From an uncultured Candidatus Saccharibacteria bacterium (lineage in GTDB: Bacteria; Patescibacteriota; Saccharimonadia; CAILAD01; GCA-016700035): DNA of 64,000 nt. The stretch spans positions 12,167 through 76,166 of the forward strand of contig CAZOVH010000003.1 in the NCBI GenBank assembly GCA_964583675.1, read 5' to 3'. The notes beneath the pieces are model-generated. The model saw nothing but the letters and a program-made list of their open reading frames with translations. It searched no databases and was not told where the DNA came from. Below, one piece after another: positions 1 to 9,142 of this stretch (positions within the stretch are counted from its first letter, which is position 1; every line of letters starts with the position of its first letter). A program made the translations under genes and the position numbers.

Positions 1-424
1 GTACCCCCGCACCAATTGCGGCCGCCACAGGCTCACGAATAATATGGGCTTTTTTAGCACCCGCCGCTAAAGCCGCATCAATCACAGCGCGGCGCTCGGT
101 AGAAGTTACTCCCGCAGGTACCGAAATCATCAATTCTGGGCGACTCAAGCGAATCGTGCCCGAAACTCGGTCAATAAAGTGCTTGAGCATGGCCTGGGTG
201 ATACGATAATCAGCAATCACACCATCGCGCAATGGTCGACTCGCAGTAATGACATCTGGCGTGCGCCCCAGCATTTCTTTGGCTTCGTTACCAATGGCGA
301 CAATGCGATTATCATCAACCGATACCGCCACCACGCTCGGCTCGTTAGCAACAATACCCTTTTTTGGTATGTACACTAAAGTGTTGGCTGTACCAAGATC
401 AATGGCAATTCGACGTTTAATCAT
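1..424 (-). CDS. mreB: Rod shape-determining protein MreB/Mbl paralog (5' part; runs off window start)
   Basis: Manual translation MIKRRIAIDLGTANTLVY...EPSVVA...RPLRDGVIAD...VPAGVTSTERRAV...EPVAAAIGAG; TACAAT 7 nt upstream of the ATG. Confidence 0.92.
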   Translation of the reverse strand, partial: MIKRRIAIDLGTANTLVYIPKKGIVANEPSVVAVSVDDNRIVAIGNEAKEMLGRTPDVITASRPLRDGVIADYRITQAMLKHFIDRVSGTIRLSRPELMISVPAGVTSTERRAVIDAALAAGAKKAHIIREPVAAAIGAGV

Positions 425-520
425 AGCTTCCATTGTATAGAAAAACATCGCTTCACTCCAGATAGCAAAAAACCGCTGTTTAATACAGCTTTTCTGCTAT
501 AATTTAGGCCACTGAGGCAG

Positions 521-1990
521 ATGCCCACACGTCCTATGAAGATTTCAAAAAAAACCCGTGATATTCTCGCCTATTTAATTGGAGGTACCGTAGTTGTTGC
601 CGGTACCCTTTTACTTGTAGCCATCGCCAATGGCTGGCAGTACAACGTTGTTACTGGCGAGATTACTGAAACTGGCCTGATTCTTATGGGGAGTGAGCCA
701 AACGGCGCAACAATAACCCTCAATGACAAAGTTCTGCGCCAAAAAACCAATTACCGATATTCATCTGCGCCGGTTGGCGAATACACTATTCGCTACGAAA
801 AAGATCAGTTCCGCCCCTGGACAAGTGTCACTTCAGTACAAGCCGGACAAGTAACTTTCTCGGACCACGCCTGGCTGATTCCAAACAACATCCCACAAAG
901 AAATCGCTACGAAAGCTTGCAGATATCTCAAGCCTACCAAACAGAAGATCGTAAGCGTTTTATCTTGGTTGATAGTACCCAACCAAGCAGCCCATTACTT
1001 TATACATCAACCGACCTCAAACGCCCGCCAGTAGTACTCCTCACCAATAATCAGCTTTCGGCAGCGGCCGGAGGTCCTGTCACTCAGCTAGACAGCCTAC
1101 AGTTCTCCGATGATGCAAGTCAGATGCTATTTCGAGTTAGCACCGAAGGTGGTAGTGTCGCGTGGCTAACAGCCGGTGCTGCTCCAGCGAGTCAGCCAAC
1201 AATCACGAACCTTACACAGACCCTCCTCTTCAACCCGACCTGGATAAGCTGGGTACCACGAGGAAATAACGAAATTTCCTACATCGAAAAAGGCACACTC
1301 CGACGCGTCCAAATCCGTGAAAAAAACATCTCAGAAGCTCTCGCCGAAAATGTAATCTCAGCTCGCTGGTCGGAAGAATGGCTCGTATATGTAAGCGCTC
1401 AAACAGCCGCCAATCAGCCAGCTACGACCACTCAAAAGCTCTTTATCCGGCCAATCGATGCCAGCTCAAATAACGAAATCGCCACGCTACCACTCAATGG
1501 TCAGTCATTTGAAACTCGCTACATTCGAGCGCTGGATCGCGATTATATTGCACTCCTCAACAAAGATACAAGGATCCTCACCCTCTACACTGGAATATTG
1601 CGTAATCCAGGTAACCGCACCGCAAGCGCCATTGGTCGCAATGTAAGCGCCATAACCGTTAGTCCAAATAATCGGTTTCTTACCCACAATGCGAGCGACC
1701 AAATGGTAACGCTCGACTTTGAACGCTTTAAGCGCTATAGGGCCAACACCTCGCTAGAAGGATTGACTGACTGGGCTTGGATGAATGACCAGCATCTGGC
1801 TCTTAAGCTGGGAACAAATCTCAAACTTGTCGACTACGACGGCCAAAACAGTGAACTCATCGCCGACTCACTCCTACTCAGCTCGCCCATTTTATTCTCA
1901 GAGAACAAGACATTGCTCAATATCACCGCACAAGATACAAAATTGCTCTTTACTCAGTCATACATTGATCCCGAAAAATTCACAGAATAA
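521..1990 (+). CDS. PEGA domain-containing membrane-anchored protein with probable beta-propeller C-terminus
   Basis: N-terminal TM helix, then TGLILMGSEPNGATITLN...GEYTIRYEKDQFRPW (PEGA-like); architecture common in CPR. Confidence 0.7.
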   Translation: MPTRPMKISKKTRDILAYLIGGTVVVAGTLLLVAIANGWQYNVVTGEITETGLILMGSEPNGATITLNDKVLRQKTNYRYSSAPVGEYTIRYEKDQFRPWTSVTSVQAGQVTFSDHAWLIPNNIPQRNRYESLQISQAYQTEDRKRFILVDSTQPSSPLLYTSTDLKRPPVVLLTNNQLSAAAGGPVTQLDSLQFSDDASQMLFRVSTEGGSVAWLTAGAAPASQPTITNLTQTLLFNPTWISWVPRGNNEISYIEKGTLRRVQIREKNISEALAENVISARWSEEWLVYVSAQTAANQPATTTQKLFIRPIDASSNNEIATLPLNGQSFETRYIRALDRDYIALLNKDTRILTLYTGILRNPGNRTASAIGRNVSAITVSPNNRFLTHNASDQMVTLDFERFKRYRANTSLEGLTDWAWMNDQHLALKLGTNLKLVDYDGQNSELIADSLLLSSPILFSENKTLLNITAQDTKLLFTQSYIDPEKFTE

Positions 1991-2022
1991 AAAACGCCTT
2001 CAAGTATGTGAAGACGTTTTTT
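1989..2022. terminator. Intrinsic terminator between the convergent PEGA gene and tRNA-Leu
   Basis: AAAAAACGCCTTCA-AGTATG-TGAAGACGTTTTTT hairpin with A and T tails. Confidence 0.7.
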
Positions 2023-2108
2023 GGTGCCAGAGGTGGGACTCGAACCCACACGCAGTTGCCCGCACACGATTTTGAGTCGTGCGTGTCTACCAGTTCCACC
2101 ACTCTGGC
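2022..2108 (-). tRNA. tRNA-Leu(CAA)
   Basis: Reverse strand GCCAGAGTGGTGGAACTGGTAGAC...CTCAAAA...GGTTCGAGTCCCACCTCTGGCACCA; long variable arm; encoded CCA. Confidence 0.96.
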
Positions 2109-2153
2109 TCAATCTGTTAGAAAGGGTGCGGATGTATTATAATACGATAGACT

Positions 2154-3434
2154 ATGTCTACACCATACCCTAATGACAAAAATGATGAGTCAGCGAATCC
2201 AGCCAAGCAGCATGGAACGCTGAATTTTAGTGATCTTTCCAACTCTACCCCGGCACCAAAGCCGATGAGTTTTCCGGAAGCCCCAACCCAACCAGATCCA
2301 CCTACCAGTAAACCCACAACACCTCAAGCCACACCCGATATACCAGTATTTCGTAATCCTCAAGGCAACGCTCACAAAGTCGACTTAGCTGAAATTGGTG
2401 CCCCTGTTGAAACTCCACAACCGGTGTCCACACAGGCCCCAGCAGCGCTCCCAAAAATTCGCTTCAACCTTTCGCCCAATTTTGACACTTTCACCGCCCA
2501 CGGCTTACAGATAGAAAAAGAAAAAACCAAAGCCACCACGCTACTTGGCAAGATTGCCCTCAAGTTAAAGCTGAGCTCAATATTCTCTGGCAAAAATCTT
2601 CGCTACGCCGGAGTGGGTCTCGTTTCATTTGCAGTCTTCATGTTTGTTTTTAATTTTGGCACCATTGGCGTACAGCTCTGCTACCAAACAAAAATTGATG
2701 CTATCTGTAATGTTTTTGGCACCACTGCACCGCAAACAGCCACTGCACCCGTTGCCACACCGACTGTTTCACCCATTGCCTCTACAAATGCCGCTCAACC
2801 TATCGATTCGCCCGATGTGATCATTATTCCTAAGCTTAACGTTAACGCGCCAATTATTTTTGAACCATCTATTGCCGAAGAATCTATCCAAAATGCACTG
2901 CGTAATGGGGTTGTACATTACGCCGGCACAGCTCTACCAGGAGAGCCCAGCAATTCAGTTATTGTCGGACACTCTTCAAACGACTGGTGGGAGCCGGGTA
3001 ATTATAAGTTTGTCTTCGCGCTTCTTGAAAAACTTGAGCCAGGCGATCAAATTCAGGTGAATTACCAGAAAAAACGCTATGTCTATCAGGTTGCCGGCAA
3101 GAAAATTGTCGCCCCTACCGAAATTTCTGTCCTACAACCTACCACCGACCCTATTCTTACCCTTATCACCTGTACTCCACCCGGAACTAGCTGGAAACGA
3201 CTCATTATCACCGCCAATCAAATTGAACCTTCGCCGACTCGCCCCGAACAACAACCCCAAATTGCCGCTGCCGATAATACTAATGACGCCGCACTACCTG
3301 GAAACGCGCCATCATTCTTTGATCAAATCCTTCGGTTTATCGGTATGGGTGGAGATGAGTCTACAGGAGATACAGCTCCTACGCCGAACCCTTCGCAAAC
3401 ACCAGCCCGAAACTATCTCCCTGAAGCCGTCTAA
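2154..3434 (+). CDS. Sortase with long Pro-rich N-terminal extension
   Basis: IIIPKLNVNAPI, GVVHYAGTALPGE, VIVGHSS (His), LTLITCTPPG (TLxTC Cys), KRLII (Arg); TM helix before the domain. Confidence 0.9.
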   Translation: MSTPYPNDKNDESANPAKQHGTLNFSDLSNSTPAPKPMSFPEAPTQPDPPTSKPTTPQATPDIPVFRNPQGNAHKVDLAEIGAPVETPQPVSTQAPAALPKIRFNLSPNFDTFTAHGLQIEKEKTKATTLLGKIALKLKLSSIFSGKNLRYAGVGLVSFAVFMFVFNFGTIGVQLCYQTKIDAICNVFGTTAPQTATAPVATPTVSPIASTNAAQPIDSPDVIIIPKLNVNAPIIFEPSIAEESIQNALRNGVVHYAGTALPGEPSNSVIVGHSSNDWWEPGNYKFVFALLEKLEPGDQIQVNYQKKRYVYQVAGKKIVAPTEISVLQPTTDPILTLITCTPPGTSWKRLIITANQIEPSPTRPEQQPQIAAADNTNDAALPGNAPSFFDQILRFIGMGGDESTGDTAPTPNPSQTPARNYLPEAV

Positions 3435-4261
3435 GACAGTGCCCGCTTAATCTGAGCAGACCATACGTCTGAATCACCTATGGTGTTTTCACTGATAATA
3501 CTAAAAAGATAGTGTAGCACCCTCAGTCGCTCCTGTAATGCTACTCCGCGAGAACGAGCAAAGACTGTAACTGGCAATAAGGCTAACACCAAGTTTCGAG
3601 TCTGTTTTTGCAAGCCTTGCAGTGGCGTATGTATCAACATATCACTTGCAGGAATGTAACTATACAGGTTTACTGCGTCATACAGCATAACAAAATCATG
3701 TGGAAGCTGAAGACTCCGTAAAAATTCGGCTACTCCAAAAATTCCCCGCGCCTTAATGATCTTCTGCCCTTGGGCAAACTGCATTTTCTCAACGAGGTCT
3801 GTACTTGCCAGCCAAGTAATGTGGGTATTCTCCTGAATGCCCGAATCAATACTCCATAAAGAGAGAGCTTCATCTGTCAGTATTACCGGCACAGTAACAT
3901 TGGGCAGCAAACGAGCATACATTACCTGCTCGGTACTCGTAAGCTGCATATTCGGCCCCACAACCACCAAACCAGCGCTATCGATCAACTGCCAAGCTGT
4001 GAGCTCACGCTGTTTACGTATATCGCCATCCATTGAAGCTTGAGTAATCCCGCTGGGCAAAAAGCGCTCCACACCAGCCGGCACAACCAATGAAACCGGC
4101 AAGCGAAGAGCCTGCCAAACACCAAAGAGCTGTGAGATATCCGCGAAGCCACGCGAACTACCACCACAGAGCGTTATGCTAGTGCGGGTTGCCGGACCGA
4201 GGGCCAGGGCAAATAGGGCAGAATCATCTTCTAGCTTATCTACCTGCAAAATATGCGACAT
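3431..4261 (-). CDS. Hypothetical protein, distant/degenerate YjeF C-terminal (NnrD-like) fold
   Basis: ITLCGGS, VVVGPNM and PVILTDEAL resemble carbohydrate-kinase/NnrD motifs; canonical TPH and GxGD motifs not evident at expected positions. Confidence 0.45.
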   Translation of the reverse strand: MSHILQVDKLEDDSALFALALGPATRTSITLCGGSSRGFADISQLFGVWQALRLPVSLVVPAGVERFLPSGITQASMDGDIRKQRELTAWQLIDSAGLVVVGPNMQLTSTEQVMYARLLPNVTVPVILTDEALSLWSIDSGIQENTHITWLASTDLVEKMQFAQGQKIIKARGIFGVAEFLRSLQLPHDFVMLYDAVNLYSYIPASDMLIHTPLQGLQKQTRNLVLALLPVTVFARSRGVALQERLRVLHYLFSIISENTIGDSDVWSAQIKRALS

Positions 4262-4282
4262 ATCCCTCCTAGTAAGTAAGAA

Positions 4283-4702
4283 TTAGACGAGTGCGTCAAC
4301 TGCGCGCAAATATGCACGCAAGACATCACCTTCGCAAATAGTGGCAAACTCTAGGCGCGCACTAGTTGTCATCAGGCTCATGTGGCTCTGCATATAAGCA
4401 TCGAAGTACATCTCAGCTTCACTGTCGTCAGTGAGTCCAAGATCTTTCCGTATCTTTTCAAGAAAAGTCGTATATGACACAGCATCCCCCTTAGGAACCG
4501 GTCGATGTAAGCCAAAGCGATTACCAAGCCGACGACGAGTCATACCTGGTAGGAGCTGTTGGGCGAATTCGCGCGAATCTGTGCCAAATAGCTCGAGCAC
4601 ATGTCGGTCGAGGACTTTCATCGCGTGAGCAGCTGTGCTCTCAGAGGCTACATTGGCATGTTGTTTTAATAGAATTGTGGCGTAATCGTGATGCATAATC
4701 AC
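4283..4702 (-). CDS. Hypothetical protein, DUF2267-like (start may be ATG 4696)
   Basis: 139-aa helical ORF; REFAQQLLP and FLEKIRKDLGL patterns resemble DUF2267. Confidence 0.45.
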   Translation of the reverse strand: MIMHHDYATILLKQHANVASESTAAHAMKVLDRHVLELFGTDSREFAQQLLPGMTRRRLGNRFGLHRPVPKGDAVSYTTFLEKIRKDLGLTDDSEAEMYFDAYMQSHMSLMTTSARLEFATICEGDVLRAYLRAVDALV

Positions 4703-4730
4703 GAACTATACCATATTTATAATTTTTTGT

Positions 4731-4958
4731 CTAGTCTTTTTTGTCGGCGTCTTCAGTATTAGCGCTGACTTGAATCTCTTTTACTCGCAGCTGTGCCACT
4801 TCAAGCTGGCTTTTAAGCTTTGTAACTAGCTCACTACCACGCTCAAACGAACGTAGTGCCTCTTCTAAATCTACACCATCGCTCTCCAGCGACTGGGTAA
4901 TTCCCTCTAGCTCAGCGAGATCCTCACGAAAACTCGAGACTGGTTTGGGTTTCGTCAT
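4731..4958 (-). CDS. xseB: Exodeoxyribonuclease VII small subunit
   Basis: SFREDLAELEGITQSLESDGVDLEEALRSFERG; directly downstream of xseA. Confidence 0.92.
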   Translation of the reverse strand: MTKPKPVSSFREDLAELEGITQSLESDGVDLEEALRSFERGSELVTKLKSQLEVAQLRVKEIQVSANTEDADKKD

Positions 4959-6129
4959 CCATATCCTCCTTTCCTCGAAGCACCACTTCTATGGTGCCTT
5001 TATGTAATTGTACCAGAATCGGCACATTGGGCAGTACGTCAGCCGGCGCGTGCAAGACTTTCGTATCTTGCCGCACAATTGCGTAGCCACGAGCCAAAAT
5101 GCGTTCTGGATTCACACCGGCAAGTGTTCGTTGCGCCAAAGCCAAACGATACCCAAATGCATCCAAGCACCGATCGAGCGACCGCCGCATGCGCTCTTCA
5201 GCTCGTTCAATTTTATCGGCCAATTGAGCTATCAACCTTGACTGCTGGTGGCCAAACACTGTTATCACTCGCTCTACCCGCTCAAAATGAAGCCGGATAC
5301 CAGCGACGTTACGCTCGGCAAGTCGGTCAATCTGACTCGCAACCTCTCGTTTATCCGGGAAGAGTCGTCGAGCCGCGTCGGTTGGGGTCGAAGCCCGCAC
5401 ATCGGCTGCCAATTCAGCGAGGCTTACATCATCCTCGTGACCAATCCCGACGATGACCGGAATATGACTGGCATATACAGCCCTCACAACATCTTCGTGA
5501 TGAAAGGCCTGCAAGTCTTCAGCACTACCACCACCACGAATCAAGACGATCGCCTCCAGGTCCGGCCGTTCGTCGTTGAACTGTCGCAATGCCTGTACAA
5601 CATCGGTTGGCGCCTGCATCCCCTGGACATGCACATGTATATGCTCAACCTCCGTTACTGGCCAACGATCCTGAGCGATAGTTATAAAATCATTGTAAGC
5701 AGCTGCATCCCGGCTTGTGATAAGCCCAATTTTCTGCGGATACTCCGGCAAACTTCGCTTGCGCGCGACGTCAAACAACCCCTCTTTTTCAAATTGCGCC
5801 TTAAGTAACTCATATGCCCGCATGACTTCGCCCTCACCCGCCAGCTCAACCTCTTTCACAGTAAGAGAGAACTTACCCCATTTTGTAAGATTTGGCGTTG
5901 CAGCAACCCGAACCAGCATCCCATCTTCGAGCACTGTTTTAAGCTGATACTTTGTCATAAAACAGCTGATTGTAGTCTCGCTGTCTTTGAGATCGAAGAA
6001 GACCCACTTACCCTGATTAATCCGAAAACCAGAAATTTCACCCTCGACTACCACCAGAGGGTAAGCATAACTCAAAGTTTGATTAACAAACTCACGTAAC
6101 TCGGTGACTGATAGAACTTCTTCAGACAC
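4924..6129 (-). CDS. xseA: Exodeoxyribonuclease VII large subunit
   Basis: VEGEISGF, FFDLKD, IGLITSRDAAA, RGGGSAEDL, GIGHEDD, STPTDAA, ILARGYAIV; GTG start at 6129 with GAGGAG upstream. Confidence 0.96.
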   Translation of the reverse strand: MSEEVLSVTELREFVNQTLSYAYPLVVVEGEISGFRINQGKWVFFDLKDSETTISCFMTKYQLKTVLEDGMLVRVAATPNLTKWGKFSLTVKEVELAGEGEVMRAYELLKAQFEKEGLFDVARKRSLPEYPQKIGLITSRDAAAYNDFITIAQDRWPVTEVEHIHVHVQGMQAPTDVVQALRQFNDERPDLEAIVLIRGGGSAEDLQAFHHEDVVRAVYASHIPVIVGIGHEDDVSLAELAADVRASTPTDAARRLFPDKREVASQIDRLAERNVAGIRLHFERVERVITVFGHQQSRLIAQLADKIERAEERMRRSLDRCLDAFGYRLALAQRTLAGVNPERILARGYAIVRQDTKVLHAPADVLPNVPILVQLHKGTIEVVLRGKEDMDDETQTSLEFS

Positions 6130-7138
6130 TCGTCTTCTCCTCATCATCGAGAACTTGGCGTTTGTAAAACCACAAGCCCACAGGAATAAATAGCCAGAGC
6201 GCCATCAAGCGATAAATAGTTGTCACAGAAAACGCCAGGCCGAACGGCACGCCCAATGCAACCTCTACCGCTACCATTGTGGCTTCATACATACCTACTC
6301 CAGATGTGAAAAATGATAATGATGACATTAAAAGTGCAAAAACGTATGCCGCACCAACCATGCCTGGATTCACCACTTGTCCGAATGCTAAAAACACGAT
6401 AAAGATACTCAAGACCTCAAACATAATACACAGCAGAGCATCGCTTAATGGCCGCAAAGCCCGCCGCGGATCCTTGGCAAAGAGCTCAATCAGGGTACGG
6501 TAACCATCCACAAACTGGGTAGTTTGGCGCTCGCCAATTTTACCTTTGCGTAATAATTTGAGTACCCAGTTAATCGGTCTAGTAGCGTAAAAAAGTACCC
6601 GCTCAAACAAATGCGGGTTAAGCGTCATGGCGATAACACAGAAAGCTACAAACAATAAGAGACTTACGACAATAAGTATCAAGCGATAACTCACCTGAAT
6701 AATCGATTGCGAGAAAAACAAAACCAGAAAACTTATTGCCAAAACTACTACCAAACTCAAAAACGTTGCAATATACCAGAAGAACTGCGCAATAAACGAC
6801 TGTTTCTGCGAGATCTTCGACCGAAAAATTTGGGCAAAATATGCCGCGCCAGACACTCCACCGGTTGGTACGACGGTGTTTACAAAATTCATACTCACAA
6901 CACCTTCGAACAAACGCCAAAACGGGATGCGCTTCTTGTAGAGTCCGCTAAAGAAATGATCATAAAACCGCGTGCTCGCCCAATAATAACCAAACCGCAC
7001 TGGAAGTACCAAAAGTAGCACCCAGATATTTAGTTCTTTCATGAGCGCTATAAATTGCTGAAGCTGGCCGGCATTACGCAAGAATAACAACCCCAAGAGT
7101 ACTAACGCCACGAAAAATACGAAATGACGTAACTTCAT
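6122..7138 (-). CDS. Lysylphosphatidylglycerol synthase TM-domain (flippase-like) protein
   Basis: Multiple TM helices; FVNTVVPTGGVSG, GVGMYEA, IYRLMALW motifs. Confidence 0.82.
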   Translation of the reverse strand: MKLRHFVFFVALVLLGLLFLRNAGQLQQFIALMKELNIWVLLLVLPVRFGYYWASTRFYDHFFSGLYKKRIPFWRLFEGVVSMNFVNTVVPTGGVSGAAYFAQIFRSKISQKQSFIAQFFWYIATFLSLVVVLAISFLVLFFSQSIIQVSYRLILIVVSLLLFVAFCVIAMTLNPHLFERVLFYATRPINWVLKLLRKGKIGERQTTQFVDGYRTLIELFAKDPRRALRPLSDALLCIMFEVLSIFIVFLAFGQVVNPGMVGAAYVFALLMSSLSFFTSGVGMYEATMVAVEVALGVPFGLAFSVTTIYRLMALWLFIPVGLWFYKRQVLDDEEKTSV

Positions 7139-7196
7139 ACTTCTATACTACGGGGTTTGATTCAATTTTGCGACCGCAATCTACTTCAGCAATGCT

Positions 7197-8357
7197 ATGA
7201 TGAACTACATGAAATGGTTTGCATTATTAGGGCGCGAAAAATCAGTTGTTCGCGCCGAACTAGCCAGCGTGACAGCACCAGATGCAGTACAGTTTGTTGA
7301 CTCTATCGCAATCGGTACGGCGACGCCTCCAAAATGGGACACCCTTGGAGGCGCAGTGAGGGCTGGCACCATCGTAGCTGAAGCCGCCAGTAAAGCAGAA
7401 CTCATAACCAGCTTCATCGCATCACTCCCAGCACCTCCAGCTGCAGGCAAGGTAAGCCTCGGACTTTCAAGCCCGTCACTCTCTCCTCGTGACATAAAAA
7501 ATTTTGGAAAATCCCTAAAAGAAGAGTATGCATCGCGAAAGGGCAAACGACCACGTATCGTATTTCCGCAAAATGGAACGTTCTTGAACGCCGGCCACTT
7601 ACAGGGAAGCCGCCTACTTACTCCACCAAATCACGAAGTTTTTGTCATGCATCATGGCGCTGTCTGGCTGGCTGGAGTAACCAACTGGCAGCAAAATATT
7701 CAACACTACACCAAACGAGATCGAGAACGCCCTGCTCGCGATGCCCGGGTAGGGATGCTACCGCCAAAGCTCGCTCAGAGCATGCTCAATTTAGCGAACG
7801 TAGCTTCAGATAGTCATGTGCATGATCCTTTCTGCGGCACAGGCGTTATCTTGACCGAAGCTCTCTTGAAGGGTGTCAATATATCCGGTAGCGATGCCGC
7901 ACCAGACATGGTTCGAGCAACAAAAGAAAATGTTGACTGGATGCAAGGTCAGATTAGCGAACAAAAAAAGCCCACTGAAATTTTCCAGGCTGACGCTCAA
8001 ACTGTCCGACTCCCCCAACAAACAACTCATATTGTGAGCGAGGGCTACCTCGGTAACCCAGACCTTCGAGATGTCACCGAAAAACGCCTACAAGAGGAGG
8101 CGAATAATCTTTTACCGCTCTATCGCAACTTTTTTGCAAATATGTCACAGTTTCCTAGACCACTCACCATCGTCTTTGCCCTACCGGTTTGGTTCTCCTC
8201 AAGTACGCAACAACCAATCTACCTACCTATCCTTGACGATTTACCAGATATGGGGTATACTGTTGAACAGTTTGCGCCAGATTCAGCTTCAATGCTAATT
8301 TATCGACGATCACACCAAACCGTCGGGCGCGCAATTATCAAGCTTAGGAAAGGATAG
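7197..8357 (+). CDS. SAM-dependent RNA methyltransferase (Trm11/UPF0020-like)
   Basis: [37 protein letters not shown]. Confidence 0.8.
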   Translation: MMNYMKWFALLGREKSVVRAELASVTAPDAVQFVDSIAIGTATPPKWDTLGGAVRAGTIVAEAASKAELITSFIASLPAPPAAGKVSLGLSSPSLSPRDIKNFGKSLKEEYASRKGKRPRIVFPQNGTFLNAGHLQGSRLLTPPNHEVFVMHHGAVWLAGVTNWQQNIQHYTKRDRERPARDARVGMLPPKLAQSMLNLANVASDSHVHDPFCGTGVILTEALLKGVNISGSDAAPDMVRATKENVDWMQGQISEQKKPTEIFQADAQTVRLPQQTTHIVSEGYLGNPDLRDVTEKRLQEEANNLLPLYRNFFANMSQFPRPLTIVFALPVWFSSSTQQPIYLPILDDLPDMGYTVEQFAPDSASMLIYRRSHQTVGRAIIKLRKG

Positions 8358-8367
8358 ATCAAGCAGT

Positions 8368-8652
8368 ATGTCAAAGACTAAAGCCGGCGGCTCTACTAAA
8401 AACGGTCGCGATTCACGTTCAAAACGCCTTGGCGTTAAGCTTTTCGGTGGCCAAGAAGTTACTACGGGCGACATTATTGTACGCCAGCGTGGTAATAAGT
8501 ACGAAGCTGGGGAAAACACCTTTCTCGGTAAAGACTACACCATTCATGCAGCCACAGAAGGCCAAGTGAGCTTCCGTCAAACTCGTAAGACTCTATTTTC
8601 TGGTGCTAAGCGACGCAAAACTGTCGTTTTTGTAACCCCAACCGAAGCGTAG
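8368..8652 (+). CDS. rpmA: 50S ribosomal protein L27
   Basis: [19 protein letters not shown]...IIVRQRG...GKDYTIHA. Confidence 0.98.
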   Translation: MSKTKAGGSTKNGRDSRSKRLGVKLFGGQEVTTGDIIVRQRGNKYEAGENTFLGKDYTIHAATEGQVSFRQTRKTLFSGAKRRKTVVFVTPTEA

Positions 8653-8660
8653 AGTCGCCC

Positions 8661-8699
8661 ATACTAAAAAAAGCCCCGAGAAGGGGCTTTTTTTAGTAT
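8661..8699. terminator. Bidirectional intrinsic terminator
   Basis: ATACTAAAAAAAGCCCC-GAGAA-GGGGCTTTTTTTAGTAT perfect inverted repeat between convergent genes. Confidence 0.9.
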
Positions 8700-8706
8700 A
8701 CAGTCC

Positions 8707-9138
8707 TTACGCAGCAGACTTCTGGTCTGTGGATGGCGCCGAAGAATCAGCTCCTTTTACCATGCCAAGATGCTTACGGACAATATGCACCACATCAGCC
8801 ATCGCCACCTGACTTTTAACCAAGTAATCATCAACTCCAAGCGCCTTAGCTTTAGCGATATCTTTATCACTAGAAAGCGCAGACATCATAATAATTTTAG
8901 CGTGCTGAGTTTGTGGGGTATTGCGTAAGATATCCAAAACATCAAAACCAGATACACGAGGCATCATAACGTCTAGCAAAATCAAGTCGGGCTTTGACTC
9001 AACTACTCGAGCTAGTGCATTTTCACCATTCTCTGCCCAGGCCGTATTAAAGCCCTCAGCTTCAAAGCGAGCACGATATACGCTCGCGAGCTCAGCATCA
9101 TCTTCTACAAGTAAAATGGTTGGTGTCTTATCGGTCAT
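8707..9138 (-). CDS. Single-domain response regulator (CheY-like receiver)
   Basis: ILLVEDD, PDLILLDVMMP, IIMMSA, DDYLVK. Confidence 0.92.
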   Translation of the reverse strand: MTDKTPTILLVEDDAELASVYRARFEAEGFNTAWAENGENALARVVESKPDLILLDVMMPRVSGFDVLDILRNTPQTQHAKIIMMSALSSDKDIAKAKALGVDDYLVKSQVAMADVVHIVRKHLGMVKGADSSAPSTDQKSAA

Positions 9139-9142
9139 ACTG

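Noticed and set aside
2022-2108. tRNA-Leu as an integration site
   Set aside because: No duplicated tRNA 3' end or integrase seen; neighbouring genes have ordinary composition.
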